A stretch of 64,000 bases of DNA from Planctomycetota bacterium. Its GTDB lineage: Bacteria > Planctomycetota > UBA1135. Location: positions 223,675 through 287,674 of the forward strand of contig SHNF01000006.1 in assembly GCA_004295085.1 (NCBI GenBank), written 5' to 3'. Position numbers and translations under genes: made by a program. Under the pieces are notes generated by a model, which worked only from the letters and a program-made list of their open reading frames with translations, was not told the origin of the DNA and searched no databases. This document shows, in pieces, positions 1-10,324 of this stretch. Numbering within the stretch: the first letter of the stretch is position 1; each line of letters starts with the position of its first letter.

Positions 1-979
1 CGAGCGTCACGCTCACCTCGCGCACCCCCAGCTGCGCCAGCACGGCCAGGAAGCGCAGAGGCTCGGCCAGGTCGAAGCCGGCAGGATCGTGCTCGCTCAC
101 GCCGAAGCCGTGCGCGTAAGGAGTGGAGCCCGGCCATGGCGCCGGCGCGCCGCGGCCGTGCACGGGGTCGCGCAGGTATGGAATGACGTCGCCGACCGAG
201 ACGCGCGCGGCCACGCGCAGGCCGGGGCATTGGCTGGCGATGCTGGCCAGGACGCGCCGGAAGAAACGCGTGCGGCCGTCGAAGTCGCCGCCGTAAGGCC
301 CCGGGCGCGCGCGCGCGCCCAGCAGCTCGTGCAGGAGGTAGCCGTGGCAGGCCTTGAGGTCCACGAAGTCGAAGCCGGCCTGGCGCGCGGCGTCCGCTGC
401 GCTCACGAAGTGGGCGCCGATCCCCTCCAGCTCGCCGTCGCTGAGCAGGGGCCGCGCGCCGGCGCCGCCGCGCGCGTCCAGCACCGGGTGCGCCACGGCG
501 CGCCGCGGCGCCACGCAGGCGTAGCGCCCGGAATGGGTGAGCTGCAGGCCGATGCACAGCGCGTCGGGGTCGTCGCCCATCTCGCGCGCGCCCGCGCGCG
601 CCGACTCGCGCAGGCGCGCCAGGGCGCCCACCATGTCCCGCTGCGGATTCAGAAACAGCTGGCGCTGGTTGGCGCGGCCGTCCGAGGCCACCGCAAAGGC
701 TTCTCCGCCCCAGAGCAGGCGCGCGCCGCTGCGCCCGAATCGGCGCCAGCGGCGCACGGTGTGCTCCGAGGGCAGTCCGTCGCCGGTTCCATCCCAGCCC
801 TCCATCGGGTGGATCGCGAAGCGGTTGCCGAGCACGCGCCCGAACGCGGCCAGCGGCCGACCGAGCGGCCCCGCGGCGCCTTCCAGCTCCGGGTCGCAGT
901 CCAGGTCCGGGGCCACGGCGCGCCAGTGCGCGCGGAACGCGGCCAGGGTCTTGTGCCGGCCCGGAGGCGTGTACTCCAT
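1..979 (-). CDS. NADH:flavin oxidoreductase, Old Yellow Enzyme family (N-terminal ~326 aa; C-terminus runs off the left edge)
   Basis: Own translation of the minus strand from ATG at 979: MEYTPPGRHKTLAAFRAHW..FAIHPMEGWDG..LQLTHSGRY..DLKACHGYLLHELLGARARPGPYGGDFDGRTRFFRRVL. These are typical OYE/NADH oxidase motifs. It is absent from the ORF track because it is open-ended. It lies 26 nt downstream of the enolase-like gene on the same strand. Confidence 0.75.
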   Translation of the reverse strand, partial: MEYTPPGRHKTLAAFRAHWRAVAPDLDCDPELEGAAGPLGRPLAAFGRVLGNRFAIHPMEGWDGTGDGLPSEHTVRRWRRFGRSGARLLWGGEAFAVASDGRANQRQLFLNPQRDMVGALARLRESARAGAREMGDDPDALCIGLQLTHSGRYACVAPRRAVAHPVLDARGGAGARPLLSDGELEGIGAHFVSAADAARQAGFDFVDLKACHGYLLHELLGARARPGPYGGDFDGRTRFFRRVLASIASQCPGLRVAARVSVGDVIPYLRDPVHGRGAPAPWPGSTPYAHGFGVSEHDPAGFDLAEPLRFLAVLAQLGVREVSVTL

Positions 980-1005
980 GGCTGCACGCAGATCAGAGCA
1001 TCCGC

Positions 1006-2460
1006 TCACGCTTCCGGGAAGCGCCAATCCTGCGCGGGAATGCGCGCTTCCCAGCGCGGAGCCACGGCGTAGCCATAGCCGGGGCACTGCAGCGAGCGCA
1101 GCTCCAGGATCCCGTCGCGGATGCGCAGGCCGGCGCCGTGCGCCTGCGGCTCGTACAGGTCGGGGTGGCGCGCCAGCGCCTCCCTGGCTTCCGCGGGCGG
1201 CAGGTGCTCCAGCCCGCGGAAGTAGTGGTGCCCGTTGCGCTCCACGTGCGCGACGCCGAGCGCGGCCATGGTGGCCAGGTCCTGCTGCAAGGCCACGATC
1301 GGCAGGTTGGTCAGGTCCTCGCCCGACTGGAACAGCCTGCCGTTCGAGCGCGCGCACAGGCCGAAGTTGAGCAGCGCCCGGAACACGCCCTTGCAGTTCT
1401 TGATCGACACGCCGCGGTAGCCGAGCTCCGCGGCGCGCGGGAAGGCTTCCACGCCGGCGTCGGCCTCGTCGATGAGCAGGGGAGCGAACGCTTCGACCGC
1501 GCCCAGGGCCCGGTGGCGCGCCGCGTCGAAGGTCCACTGCCGCGGCAGCGGCTGCTCGATGTAGTGGAGCGCGCGCAGCAGGCGCCCGCCCTCCGGCGTG
1601 CGCGCCACCCCCTCCAGCAGGCGCGCCAGGTCCTCGAGCGACGCGAACTGCTCGTTGCCGTCCAGAGTGACCGCCTGCGGCGCGCCGCACTCCTCCTCGA
1701 TCACGCGCGCGCTGCGCACCAGCCGCTCCAGGTCGCGCCCCGGATCGCCGCTCAGCTTGAGCTTGAAGCAGCGCAGCCCGTAGCGGCGGATGTCCTGGTC
1801 CAGGGCCTGCGGCAGGCCATCGTGGAGGCGCTCGCCCGGCGCGATCTCGGCGGCGTGCAAGGGATCGGCCAGGCCCACCGTGTGGCGCAGGAGAACGCGC
1901 TCGGCCGGGGCCGCGGGCAGGCAGTCCGCAAGCGACCAGGTCGCGAGCTCCGCCAGCGCCGCCTGCGGCTGGAACCCGAACAGGTCGCGGCGCAAGCCCT
2001 CGAAGAACGAGCAGCCGGCGGCGCGGCAGGCCGCGTCCAGCAGCGCCCGTTCCAGCAGCGCCACGCCGAAGCCGCGCACCAGCCGCTGCGGCGCCGCGAA
2101 GTCCAGCGCCGTCACCCGCGCCCGCTCCAGGCGCAGCCAGTGCGCGAACGCGCTGGCGGCCGGCGCGGCCGGCGCGAGCAGCTCCGCGGCCGCCTCCTGC
2201 GCGCTCGCCAGCAGCTCTTCCACGTCCTCGCGCACGCTGCGGGCCGGGTCCTTGCGGAACCAGCGCGGCACCAGCAGGTCGGCCGCGGCGCCTTCCACGC
2301 GCGCACCCGACGGCGAGCTGCACTCCAGGCGGGCGGTGCACAAGGGGGCCGCCGTCAGCACGGCGGCGCCGAAGCGGAAGGGCAGGCGCGCGCGGCAGTC
2401 CGTGAGGAACAGCTGGACGCGCTCCGGTCGCAGCCGCACGGCGGAAGGCGGCTCATCCAA
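1006..2460 (-). CDS. Enolase-superfamily enzyme (mandelate racemase / muconate lactonizing enzyme-like), unusually long
   Basis: 484-aa ORF with enolase-superfamily landmarks: FKLKLSG (KxK), TLDGNEQF, IEQPL, LIDEAD (metal ligands) and SIKNCKG. The track start is a TTG at 2460; an in-frame GTG at 2439 is an alternative. Confidence 0.8.
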   Translation of the reverse strand: MDEPPSAVRLRPERVQLFLTDCRARLPFRFGAAVLTAAPLCTARLECSSPSGARVEGAAADLLVPRWFRKDPARSVREDVEELLASAQEAAAELLAPAAPAASAFAHWLRLERARVTALDFAAPQRLVRGFGVALLERALLDAACRAAGCSFFEGLRRDLFGFQPQAALAELATWSLADCLPAAPAERVLLRHTVGLADPLHAAEIAPGERLHDGLPQALDQDIRRYGLRCFKLKLSGDPGRDLERLVRSARVIEEECGAPQAVTLDGNEQFASLEDLARLLEGVARTPEGGRLLRALHYIEQPLPRQWTFDAARHRALGAVEAFAPLLIDEADAGVEAFPRAAELGYRGVSIKNCKGVFRALLNFGLCARSNGRLFQSGEDLTNLPIVALQQDLATMAALGVAHVERNGHHYFRGLEHLPPAEAREALARHPDLYEPQAHGAGLRIRDGILELRSLQCPGYGYAVAPRWEARIPAQDWRFPEA

Positions 2461-2570
2461 GGGATTCCCCCGGGAGCTGGCCCAGTGGCCGAAAAGCCGC
2501 GCGCCGGAGACTGGCCGCTGGCGCGCCGATCTGCGACAATCCCGGGTCCTTGCTACCCCGCGGATCTGAG

Positions 2571-3713
2571 ATGACCGTCCTCCTTACCGAAGAGCATGCA
2601 ATGATCCGGGATTCCGCCCGCGAGTACGCGGAGCGGGTCCTCAAGCCGAACGCGGCCCGCTGGGACCGGGAGGAGAAGTTCCCGGAGGAGGCCGTGGCCG
2701 AGGCCGCGGAGAACGGGTTCCTGGGGCTGACCGTGCCGGAAGCCTACGGCGGCGCGGGACTGGGCAACCTGCACGCCTGCATCATGCTGGAAGAGGTGAA
2801 CCGCTGGTGCGCGAGCACCGGGGTGACCGTCTCCGTGCACTTGTCGCTGGTGTGCGCGCCCTTGAGCCGGCACGCCGGCGAGGAGCTGAAGGCGCGCTAC
2901 CTGCCGCGGCTGGCCAGCGGCGAGCTCCTGGGCGCGTACTGCCTGAGCGAGCCGCACTCCGGCTCCGACGCCGCCGCCATGCGCACGCGCGCGCGCAAGG
3001 TCAGCGGCGGATGGGTCCTCAACGGCACCAAGTCGTGGATCACCAACGCCAGCCACGCCGGCCTGTTCATCGTGTACGCGGTCACCGACCCGGACAGGCC
3101 CAAGGGGCGCAACATCGGCGCCTTCGTGGTGGAGCGCGGCTGGAAGGGCCTGGAGGTCGGCAAGAAGGAGGAGAAGCTCGGGATCCGCGCCTCCTCCACC
3201 TGCGAAATGCAGCTGGCGGACGTGCTCGTGCCCGATGAGAACCTGATCGGGGATCCGTACAGCGGCTTCAAGGTGGCGCTGGACACGCTGGACGGCGGCC
3301 GCATCGGCATCGCCTCGCAGGCGCTCGGGATCCACCGCGCCTGCCTGGAGGACTCGATCCTGTATGCGCAGCAGCGCCAGCAGTTCGGCCGGCCGATCGG
3401 CGAGTTCCAGGCCATCGCCTGGAAGCTGGCGGACATGGCCACCGATCTGGATGCCGCGCGCCTGCTCACGCAGCGCGCCGCGGCGCTGCGCGACCAGGGC
3501 GCCGCCTGCACCCGGGAGGCTTCCATGGCCAAGCTGTTCGCGTCCCGCGCCTGCAACCGCGCCGCCCAGGATGCGGTGCAGATCCACGGCGGCGCCGGGT
3601 ACACCCAGGAGTTCGCCGTGGAACGCTATTACCGCGACGCCCGCGTCACCGAGATCTACGAGGGTGCCACCGACATCCAGCGCCTGGTGATCTCGCGCCT
3701 GCTCCTGAAGTGA
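2571..3713 (+). CDS. Acyl-CoA dehydrogenase (short/branched-chain type)
   Basis: Full-length ACAD-like translation ([49 protein letters not shown]). Start trimmed from the TTG at 2550 to the ATG at 2571. Confidence 0.9.
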   Translation: MTVLLTEEHAMIRDSAREYAERVLKPNAARWDREEKFPEEAVAEAAENGFLGLTVPEAYGGAGLGNLHACIMLEEVNRWCASTGVTVSVHLSLVCAPLSRHAGEELKARYLPRLASGELLGAYCLSEPHSGSDAAAMRTRARKVSGGWVLNGTKSWITNASHAGLFIVYAVTDPDRPKGRNIGAFVVERGWKGLEVGKKEEKLGIRASSTCEMQLADVLVPDENLIGDPYSGFKVALDTLDGGRIGIASQALGIHRACLEDSILYAQQRQQFGRPIGEFQAIAWKLADMATDLDAARLLTQRAAALRDQGAACTREASMAKLFASRACNRAAQDAVQIHGGAGYTQEFAVERYYRDARVTEIYEGATDIQRLVISRLLLK

Positions 3714-4696
3714 CCGCGCCCTTGACCGCCGCCACAAGCGCTCTCGAGGACCTGCTGGCGGAGTTCCGCGCGGGCAAGGTCGGCGCGCTGGCGCGCGCCA
3801 TCTCCTGGGTGGAGAACCGCCATCCCCAGTCCGGCGCGCTGCTCGACGCGGTCTACCCGCAGGTCGGCCGCGCCTGGCGCACCGGCGTCACCGGCCCGCC
3901 CGGGGCCGGCAAGTCCACTCTTGTGGACGGGCTGGCCCGCCATTGGGGCGCCGCCGGCCGCAGCGTCGGGCTCGTGGCCGTGGATCCGACCTCTCCCTTC
4001 AGCGGCGGGGCCTTGCTCGGCGACCGCGTGCGCATGGACCGCGCGCTCAGCCAGACGGGCGTGTACGTGCGCAGCATGGCCAACCGGGGCTCGCTCGGCG
4101 GCCTGAGCCTGGCTGCGGTGGCCGCCGCGGACCTGCTGGACGCGTTCGGCTTCCAGGAGGTGCTGCTGGAGACCGTGGGCGTGGGCCAGGCCGAGATCGA
4201 CGTGGCGGCAGCCGCGGACACGACCGTCGTGGTGCTGACGCCCGCGAGCGGCGACAGCGTGCAAGCCATGAAGGCCGGTCTGATGGAGGTCGCCGACCTG
4301 TTCGTCGTCAACAAGGCCGACACGCCGGGCGCGGAACGGCTGCAGACCGAGCTCGAGGACATGCTGGGCCTGCGCCGGGCCGCCGCCCCGCGCCCCGAGG
4401 TCCTGCTGTGCCGCGCGCTGGCCGACCAGGGCGTGGCGGAAGTCGCGCAGGCCATCGAGCGCCGGCGCGCGGCGGACCAGGCCAGCGGCCGGCTCGAGGC
4501 GCGCCGCCGCGCCCGCGACCTGGCGCGCGTGCGCCGCCTGGTCGTCGAGGGCCTGCGCGCCGAGCTGTGGCACGAGCAGGAGATCCAGGAGGCGGCCGCG
4601 CGCGCGCTGGCGCACGGCGAGCGGCCGGACGAAGTGGCGCGCAAGCTGGTGCGCTCCATCCTGGAGGGGATCCAGCGCAACGGGGGCCCGGCATGA
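3710..4696 (+). CDS. meaB: MeaB/ArgK-type G3E GTPase (methylmalonyl-CoA mutase accessory protein)
   Basis: Walker [17 protein letters not shown] and NKAD motifs. The GTG start overlaps the upstream stop (GTGA). Confidence 0.9.
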   Translation: MTAPLTAATSALEDLLAEFRAGKVGALARAISWVENRHPQSGALLDAVYPQVGRAWRTGVTGPPGAGKSTLVDGLARHWGAAGRSVGLVAVDPTSPFSGGALLGDRVRMDRALSQTGVYVRSMANRGSLGGLSLAAVAAADLLDAFGFQEVLLETVGVGQAEIDVAAAADTTVVVLTPASGDSVQAMKAGLMEVADLFVVNKADTPGAERLQTELEDMLGLRRAAAPRPEVLLCRALADQGVAEVAQAIERRRAADQASGRLEARRRARDLARVRRLVVEGLRAELWHEQEIQEAAARALAHGERPDEVARKLVRSILEGIQRNGGPA

Positions 4697-5090
4697 GCCG
4701 GCCGCTGCGCGTGCTGGTGGGCAAGCCCGGCCTGGACGGCCACGACCGCGGCGCCAAGGTGGTGGCCGCCTCGCTGCGCGACCGCGGCATGGAGGTCATC
4801 TACACCGGCCTGCACCGCACCCCGCAGCAGATCGTGGACGCCGCGGAGCAGGAGGACGTGGACGTCATCGGCCTCAGCATCCTGAGCGGCTCGCACATGG
4901 AGCTGCTGCCGCAGGTGCGCGCGTTGCTGGCCGAGCGCGGCCTGGACCACGTGCTGCTGATCGCCGGCGGCATCATCCCCGAGGACGAAGCCCGGGAGCT
5001 GGAGCGACGCGGCTACGCCCGCGTGTTCGGCCCCGGGACCGCCACCGGGGACATCGCGGACTTCATCGAGCACAACGCACGGAGAACGTC

Positions 5091-5094
<4 letters not shown>
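4693..5094 (+). CDS. Cobalamin-binding small subunit / C-terminal domain of an acyl-CoA mutase
   Basis: 133 aa: [24 protein letters not shown], carrying the DxHxxG B12 lower-ligand motif, plus GLSILSG and IAGGIIP. ATGA overlap with the meaB stop. The long N-terminal extension in track ORF 3943..5094 is Arg/Gly/Pro junk. Confidence 0.9.
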
Positions 5095-6269
<1,175 letters not shown>

Positions 6270-6272
<3 letters not shown>

Positions 6273-6291
6273 CCCGCCGGTAGCCCGCCGG
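6270..6291 (+). repeat. Perfect tandem duplication of an 11-bp unit (TAGCCCGCCGG x2) that includes the ACAD stop codon
   Basis: Read directly: 6270-6280 and 6281-6291 are identical. Confidence 0.9.
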
Positions 6292-6350
6292 GGTCGCAGG
6301 CAGCCTTCCAGGGACGTGCACGCGGCGGCGCGCCGTGGCATCATGCGCGC

Positions 6351-9002
6351 ATGCAAGCTTGCGTCTATCTGCTGGTTGTAGCCGCGTCCTTCCATCCTCC
6401 AGCCGCGGCCGCCGTGCAGGAGCCGGAGCGGTCTGGCTACAGCCTGGCCGAGTCCGGCTTCGCCGGACGCTTCGAGGACCTGCTGCTGAACCGGCTGGAG
6501 CTGGAGCAGGACGGCGACGTCCTCCGTGGCCGGCTCCTATTCGGCCGCGAGTACGAGATCGAAGGCAGCGAGCGCGACGGCGCGGTGGTTGGCACGGCGC
6601 GCACGCCGGACTCCGAGGAGCCGTTCTCGGCCGAATGGCAGGAAGATCGCCTGCAGATCGTGATGGGCGAGCAGCTGCTGTGGCTGCGGCGCAGCGTGGA
6701 GCCGCTGGCGGTCGACCTCGGCGCGCCGCGCGCGGATCCGGAGCGGCTGTGGACGATCGCGGTCTACATGGGAGCCGACAACGACCTGGAAGTGGGCGGC
6801 CTGATCGACCTGATGGAGATGGCGGAAGGCTTGCCGGAGAAGGGTGTCGACGTCATCGTCCTGGTCGACCGCGCCAAGGAGCACTGGACCGACGAGGCCG
6901 GAGACTGGACCGACTCGGCCGTGTTCCGCATCCGGCGCGGCGGCGATCCGGAACTGATCGGGGAGATCGGCGAGCCGGACATGACGGATCCGCGCACGCT
7001 CGCGGGCTTCGTCAGCGCCGTCTACCGCAGCTTCCCGGCCGCGCATCACGCTGCGCTGTTCTGGGATCACGGCGGCGGCTGGCAGGGCCTGATCGCGGAT
7101 GAGGATGTGCCGGGCCGCGAGGGCACGAGCCTGATGGATCTGCAGTCGCTGCGGCTGGGCCTGCACGCTGGAATGCTGCACAGCCGGGTGCTGAAGCTGG
7201 ATCTGGTGGCCTTCGACGCCTGCCTGATGGCGCACCTCGAGGTCGCGGTCGGCCTGGCGGACCTGGCCGAGGTGCTGGTGGCCTCCCAGGCGCTGGTGGC
7301 CGGGGCAGGGTTCCCTTATGACCGCGTGCTACCGCTGTTCGCCGGCGACCGGCCGGTCCGGGAGATCGCCGCCGACATCGTCAGCACGTTCGGCGCGGCC
7401 TATGAGGGGGAGCACGATCCCGAAGCCACGCTGTTCGCCATCGATCTGGCCCGCGTCGGCCCGATGGCGGCCCTGCTGGACGCTCTGGCGGTCCAGTGCC
7501 TGCCGGTCCTGGACGCGCAATGGCCGGCCTTTGCGCGGGCCCTCTACTACGGCGAGTGCTACGAGCCGCGCACGGAACGGACCCTCAGCTCGGCCGTGGG
7601 CAGCCTGGACCTGGTGGATCTGCTGCGCCGCTTGCGCACCGGCACGCCGTCATTCCCGGCGGCGGCGGAGGCCGACGAGCTGCAGCAGGCGGTGGCGGCC
7701 GCCGTCATCGCGGCGCACACGGGCGAGCAACGCCGTCTCAGTCACGGGCTGTCGGTCTACGGGCCGCACAAGACCGACCAGATGCGGCTCGACTACCTGC
7801 TGAACTGGCTCGGCGGCGCCAACCACTGGACGGAGCTCCTGATGCGAGTGCACGCGGCCGCCGCGGCCGACCCGCAGCCGGTCGAGCTCAGGGAGCTGCG
7901 CGTGCTCGATCACGACGGCAATCCGGCCGCCAGCGTGCCGCAGTTCGGCGGCTGCAGCCTGCACGCCACGGTGACCGGCAACGGCATCGTGCAGGTGCAG
8001 CAGTGGGACAGCACGCGCGACGGCGCGCACTGGCTGGTGCTGCGCAAGAACTTCGTCGTGGACCCCTACTTCGTGCTGCGCGTCCGGGAGGCCGCGGCCG
8101 AGGACGTGGACCTGGTGATGCCGCAGTTCGTGGACGGCGAGAACCGCCTGCAGAGCGAGCTGACCGGCATGAATTTCGCGGTCAGCAATGGCGAGCTGCA
8201 GGTCCTGGCCACGTTGGACATGGCCACGCCTTCCTCGCAGGCGCCGTTCGTGGCGCGCGCGCGCCTGCACGAGCCGGGCGCCGCCGCGCCGAAGCCGATC
8301 GCCATCGAGTTCCACCGCGCCCTGTGGCTGGTGCAGGCGGTGTACGACCTGACCCCTGCAGCCGACGGCCGCGTCGAGCCGCGCCGGATCCAGCCGGCCG
8401 CGGACGCGCTGGTCGGCGTGCTGCTGGAGACCCTGGAGGACGACGGCACGACCGGCATCCTCGAGAACGAGGCCATCCCGTGGAAGGATGGCCCGCGCCT
8501 CGTGCTCAGCATGGACGAGCCTGGCCGCAACCGCGCCGACCTGATCGCCGAGACCATGGACGGGCGGCGCTATCACGCCGCCTGCGAGTACGAGCTGGCC
8601 GCCAACCCGGACCTGGAGCGCTGGTCCCAGAGCTGGCGCGCCTACGATCCCGCGGCCCTGACCGGCATCTGGCGGCAGTCGCTGGCGGTCGGTCCGGAGC
8701 GGTTCCAGGCCACGGGCGGGCGCGCCGAGTTCCTCGGCCCGCACTCCTGGGGCCCGGGCTGCTTCTCCGTGCGCTCGCGCTTCCCCGCCGGAGGAGGCGA
8801 GGAGGAGGTGGTGCAGATCTGGGTCCTGGAGCAGCTCGGCGTGCCCAGCCTGCGCATCGTGATGCCGACCGTCGAAGGACGGACCTTGTGCTGGTACGGC
8901 CCGGCCGTCATCGGCACGGGCGAGTCCGGCCGGTTCATCGCCATGAAGGCGCTCAACTTCGGCGGCCTGATCTGGCGTTGGGAGCAGGACGGCGGCGGCT
9001 AG
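6351..9002 (+). CDS. Secreted clostripain-like cysteine peptidase (MEROPS C11 family) with a large uncharacterised C-terminal region
   Basis: N-terminal signal-like MQACVYLLVVAASF. C11 landmarks: WTIAVYMGADNDLE, VDVIVLVDR, FWDHGGGW (His240, codon 7068-7070) and LVAFDACLMA (Cys291, codon 7221-7223). I recognised no family in residues ~480-883. Confidence 0.8.
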   Translation: MQACVYLLVVAASFHPPAAAAVQEPERSGYSLAESGFAGRFEDLLLNRLELEQDGDVLRGRLLFGREYEIEGSERDGAVVGTARTPDSEEPFSAEWQEDRLQIVMGEQLLWLRRSVEPLAVDLGAPRADPERLWTIAVYMGADNDLEVGGLIDLMEMAEGLPEKGVDVIVLVDRAKEHWTDEAGDWTDSAVFRIRRGGDPELIGEIGEPDMTDPRTLAGFVSAVYRSFPAAHHAALFWDHGGGWQGLIADEDVPGREGTSLMDLQSLRLGLHAGMLHSRVLKLDLVAFDACLMAHLEVAVGLADLAEVLVASQALVAGAGFPYDRVLPLFAGDRPVREIAADIVSTFGAAYEGEHDPEATLFAIDLARVGPMAALLDALAVQCLPVLDAQWPAFARALYYGECYEPRTERTLSSAVGSLDLVDLLRRLRTGTPSFPAAAEADELQQAVAAAVIAAHTGEQRRLSHGLSVYGPHKTDQMRLDYLLNWLGGANHWTELLMRVHAAAAADPQPVELRELRVLDHDGNPAASVPQFGGCSLHATVTGNGIVQVQQWDSTRDGAHWLVLRKNFVVDPYFVLRVREAAAEDVDLVMPQFVDGENRLQSELTGMNFAVSNGELQVLATLDMATPSSQAPFVARARLHEPGAAAPKPIAIEFHRALWLVQAVYDLTPAADGRVEPRRIQPAADALVGVLLETLEDDGTTGILENEAIPWKDGPRLVLSMDEPGRNRADLIAETMDGRRYHAACEYELAANPDLERWSQSWRAYDPAALTGIWRQSLAVGPERFQATGGRAEFLGPHSWGPGCFSVRSRFPAGGGEEEVVQIWVLEQLGVPSLRIVMPTVEGRTLCWYGPAVIGTGESGRFIAMKALNFGGLIWRWEQDGGG

Positions 9003-10306
9003 ACCGGGCCCGAGAAGCGGAAATCCAGGCCGGCGGCGGCCCGTGCGGCGCGTGCGTGCGCGGCGCAGCTGCTGTGCGCGTCTGCGGCCAGCACCCAGGC
9101 GAGGTGCGGGTAGGCGTCGGGATGCCCGGGGGCATGCGTGCGTGTGCCCGGCGCGGCGATGACCCCGGCGCGCAGCCCCTGCACCTCCAGCGCCTCCAGC
9201 TCGGCGCGCGTGGGAGCGTGGGTCACGGTGGCGTCCGCGTAGTGACAGCGGTAAGCGAGCGCGGCGCGGACGCCGTTGCCGGCGTGCACCTGCGGGCGGC
9301 CGCCGAGCGCGAGCTCCAGCGCGTGCAGCGCCGGGTCGCCGCCGCACACCGCCTGGAACAGGTCGCCGAAGGCTTCGTCCTGGCCCAGGCGGCCGTTCAC
9401 CTCGATGATCTCGGCGCGCCGTTCGCCGCGCCGCATCTCGATGGAGAAGCCGGAATCGCGCAGTCCCAGCGCCGCCAGGGCGCCGGTGCAGGCGGCGGCG
9501 ACCGACTGGTGCTCCGCGACTCCCAGGTCTGCCGGCAACAGGTAGGACTCGATGTAGAACAGCGGCGGACGGCTGAGGACCTGCTCCATGAGCCCGTAGA
9601 AGCGCGCGGAGCCGTCCAGCATCAGGCCGTCCATCTCCACGGCCTGCCCGCGCGAGAAACTCTCCACCAGGAACTGGCGCGTCGGATCGCAGCCGAGGTC
9701 CAGGGCAGCGAGCCGGGCGAAATCGCGCAGGCGGCGCACGTCGGGCGCGTGCTCCAGGCGCTCCAGCATGGAAGCGACCGCGGACGCCACGGCGCCGGGG
9801 TCGTGCACGACGGTGACCAGCCGCGCCATGGTGGAGGCCACCGCCTTGAGCACCACGGGATAGCCGGCGTCCGCGGCGAAAGCCGCCACCTCGCGTGCGC
9901 TTGCGGCCAGTCGGAACCGTGGCACCGCCACGCCGGCCGCGTGCAGGGCGCTGCGGCACAGGTACTTGTTGGTGCAGTGGTGCGCCGCGTCCCGGCTCGG
10001 TCCGGGCACGCCGAGCCGGGCGATGAGCAGGGCTCCGGCCAGGAATCCGGCTTCCGACTGGGCCAGGACCGCGTCCACCGCGTGCCGTGCGCACCAGCGC
10101 TCCAGCACCGGCATGGCCTCGGCCAGCCGCTCCGGCGGCGGGAGCTCCACGATGCCGCCGGCGTACACCTCGGCGTCGGCCGGGTTGGGGACGTGCTCGG
10201 CCAGGGCCAGCCGCAGGTCGTGCTCGAGCAGCCAGGCCTGGTGGCGCTCCACCTGGGCCCGCTGCATCCCGGCGGCGCCGGGGTAGAGCACGAGGACCGT
10301 CCGCAT
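8999..10306 (-). CDS. ATP-grasp domain ligase (carboxylate-amine / L-amino-acid-ligase-like)
   Basis: 435 aa with an ATP-grasp layout: N-terminal pre-domain, KYLCRSALHAAGVAVPRF, GYPVVLKAV and EIIEVNGRLG (E-x-N Mg ligands). The stop shares a CTAG with the convergent C11 gene. Confidence 0.8.
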   Translation of the reverse strand: MRTVLVLYPGAAGMQRAQVERHQAWLLEHDLRLALAEHVPNPADAEVYAGGIVELPPPERLAEAMPVLERWCARHAVDAVLAQSEAGFLAGALLIARLGVPGPSRDAAHHCTNKYLCRSALHAAGVAVPRFRLAASAREVAAFAADAGYPVVLKAVASTMARLVTVVHDPGAVASAVASMLERLEHAPDVRRLRDFARLAALDLGCDPTRQFLVESFSRGQAVEMDGLMLDGSARFYGLMEQVLSRPPLFYIESYLLPADLGVAEHQSVAAACTGALAALGLRDSGFSIEMRRGERRAEIIEVNGRLGQDEAFGDLFQAVCGGDPALHALELALGGRPQVHAGNGVRAALAYRCHYADATVTHAPTRAELEALEVQGLRAGVIAAPGTRTHAPGHPDAYPHLAWVLAADAHSSCAAHARAARAAAGLDFRFSGPV

Positions 10307-10324
10307 GCGCGCGCCGCCGGGAGC

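Noticed and set aside
3943-4692. N-terminal 250-aa extension of the B12-binding protein suggested by the ORF track
   Set aside because: The extension is Arg/Gly/Pro-rich junk overlapping meaB in another frame. The conserved B12 domain begins at the ATG at 4693, which overlaps the meaB stop.
8999-9002. Shared palindromic CTAG/CTAA stop codons at three convergent gene pairs (8999-9002, 51802-51805, 60602-60605) as a designed feature
   Set aside because: In GC-rich DNA stop triplets are scarce. A TAG on one strand followed by the right base automatically creates a stop one nucleotide offset on the other strand, so coincidence is the simplest explanation.
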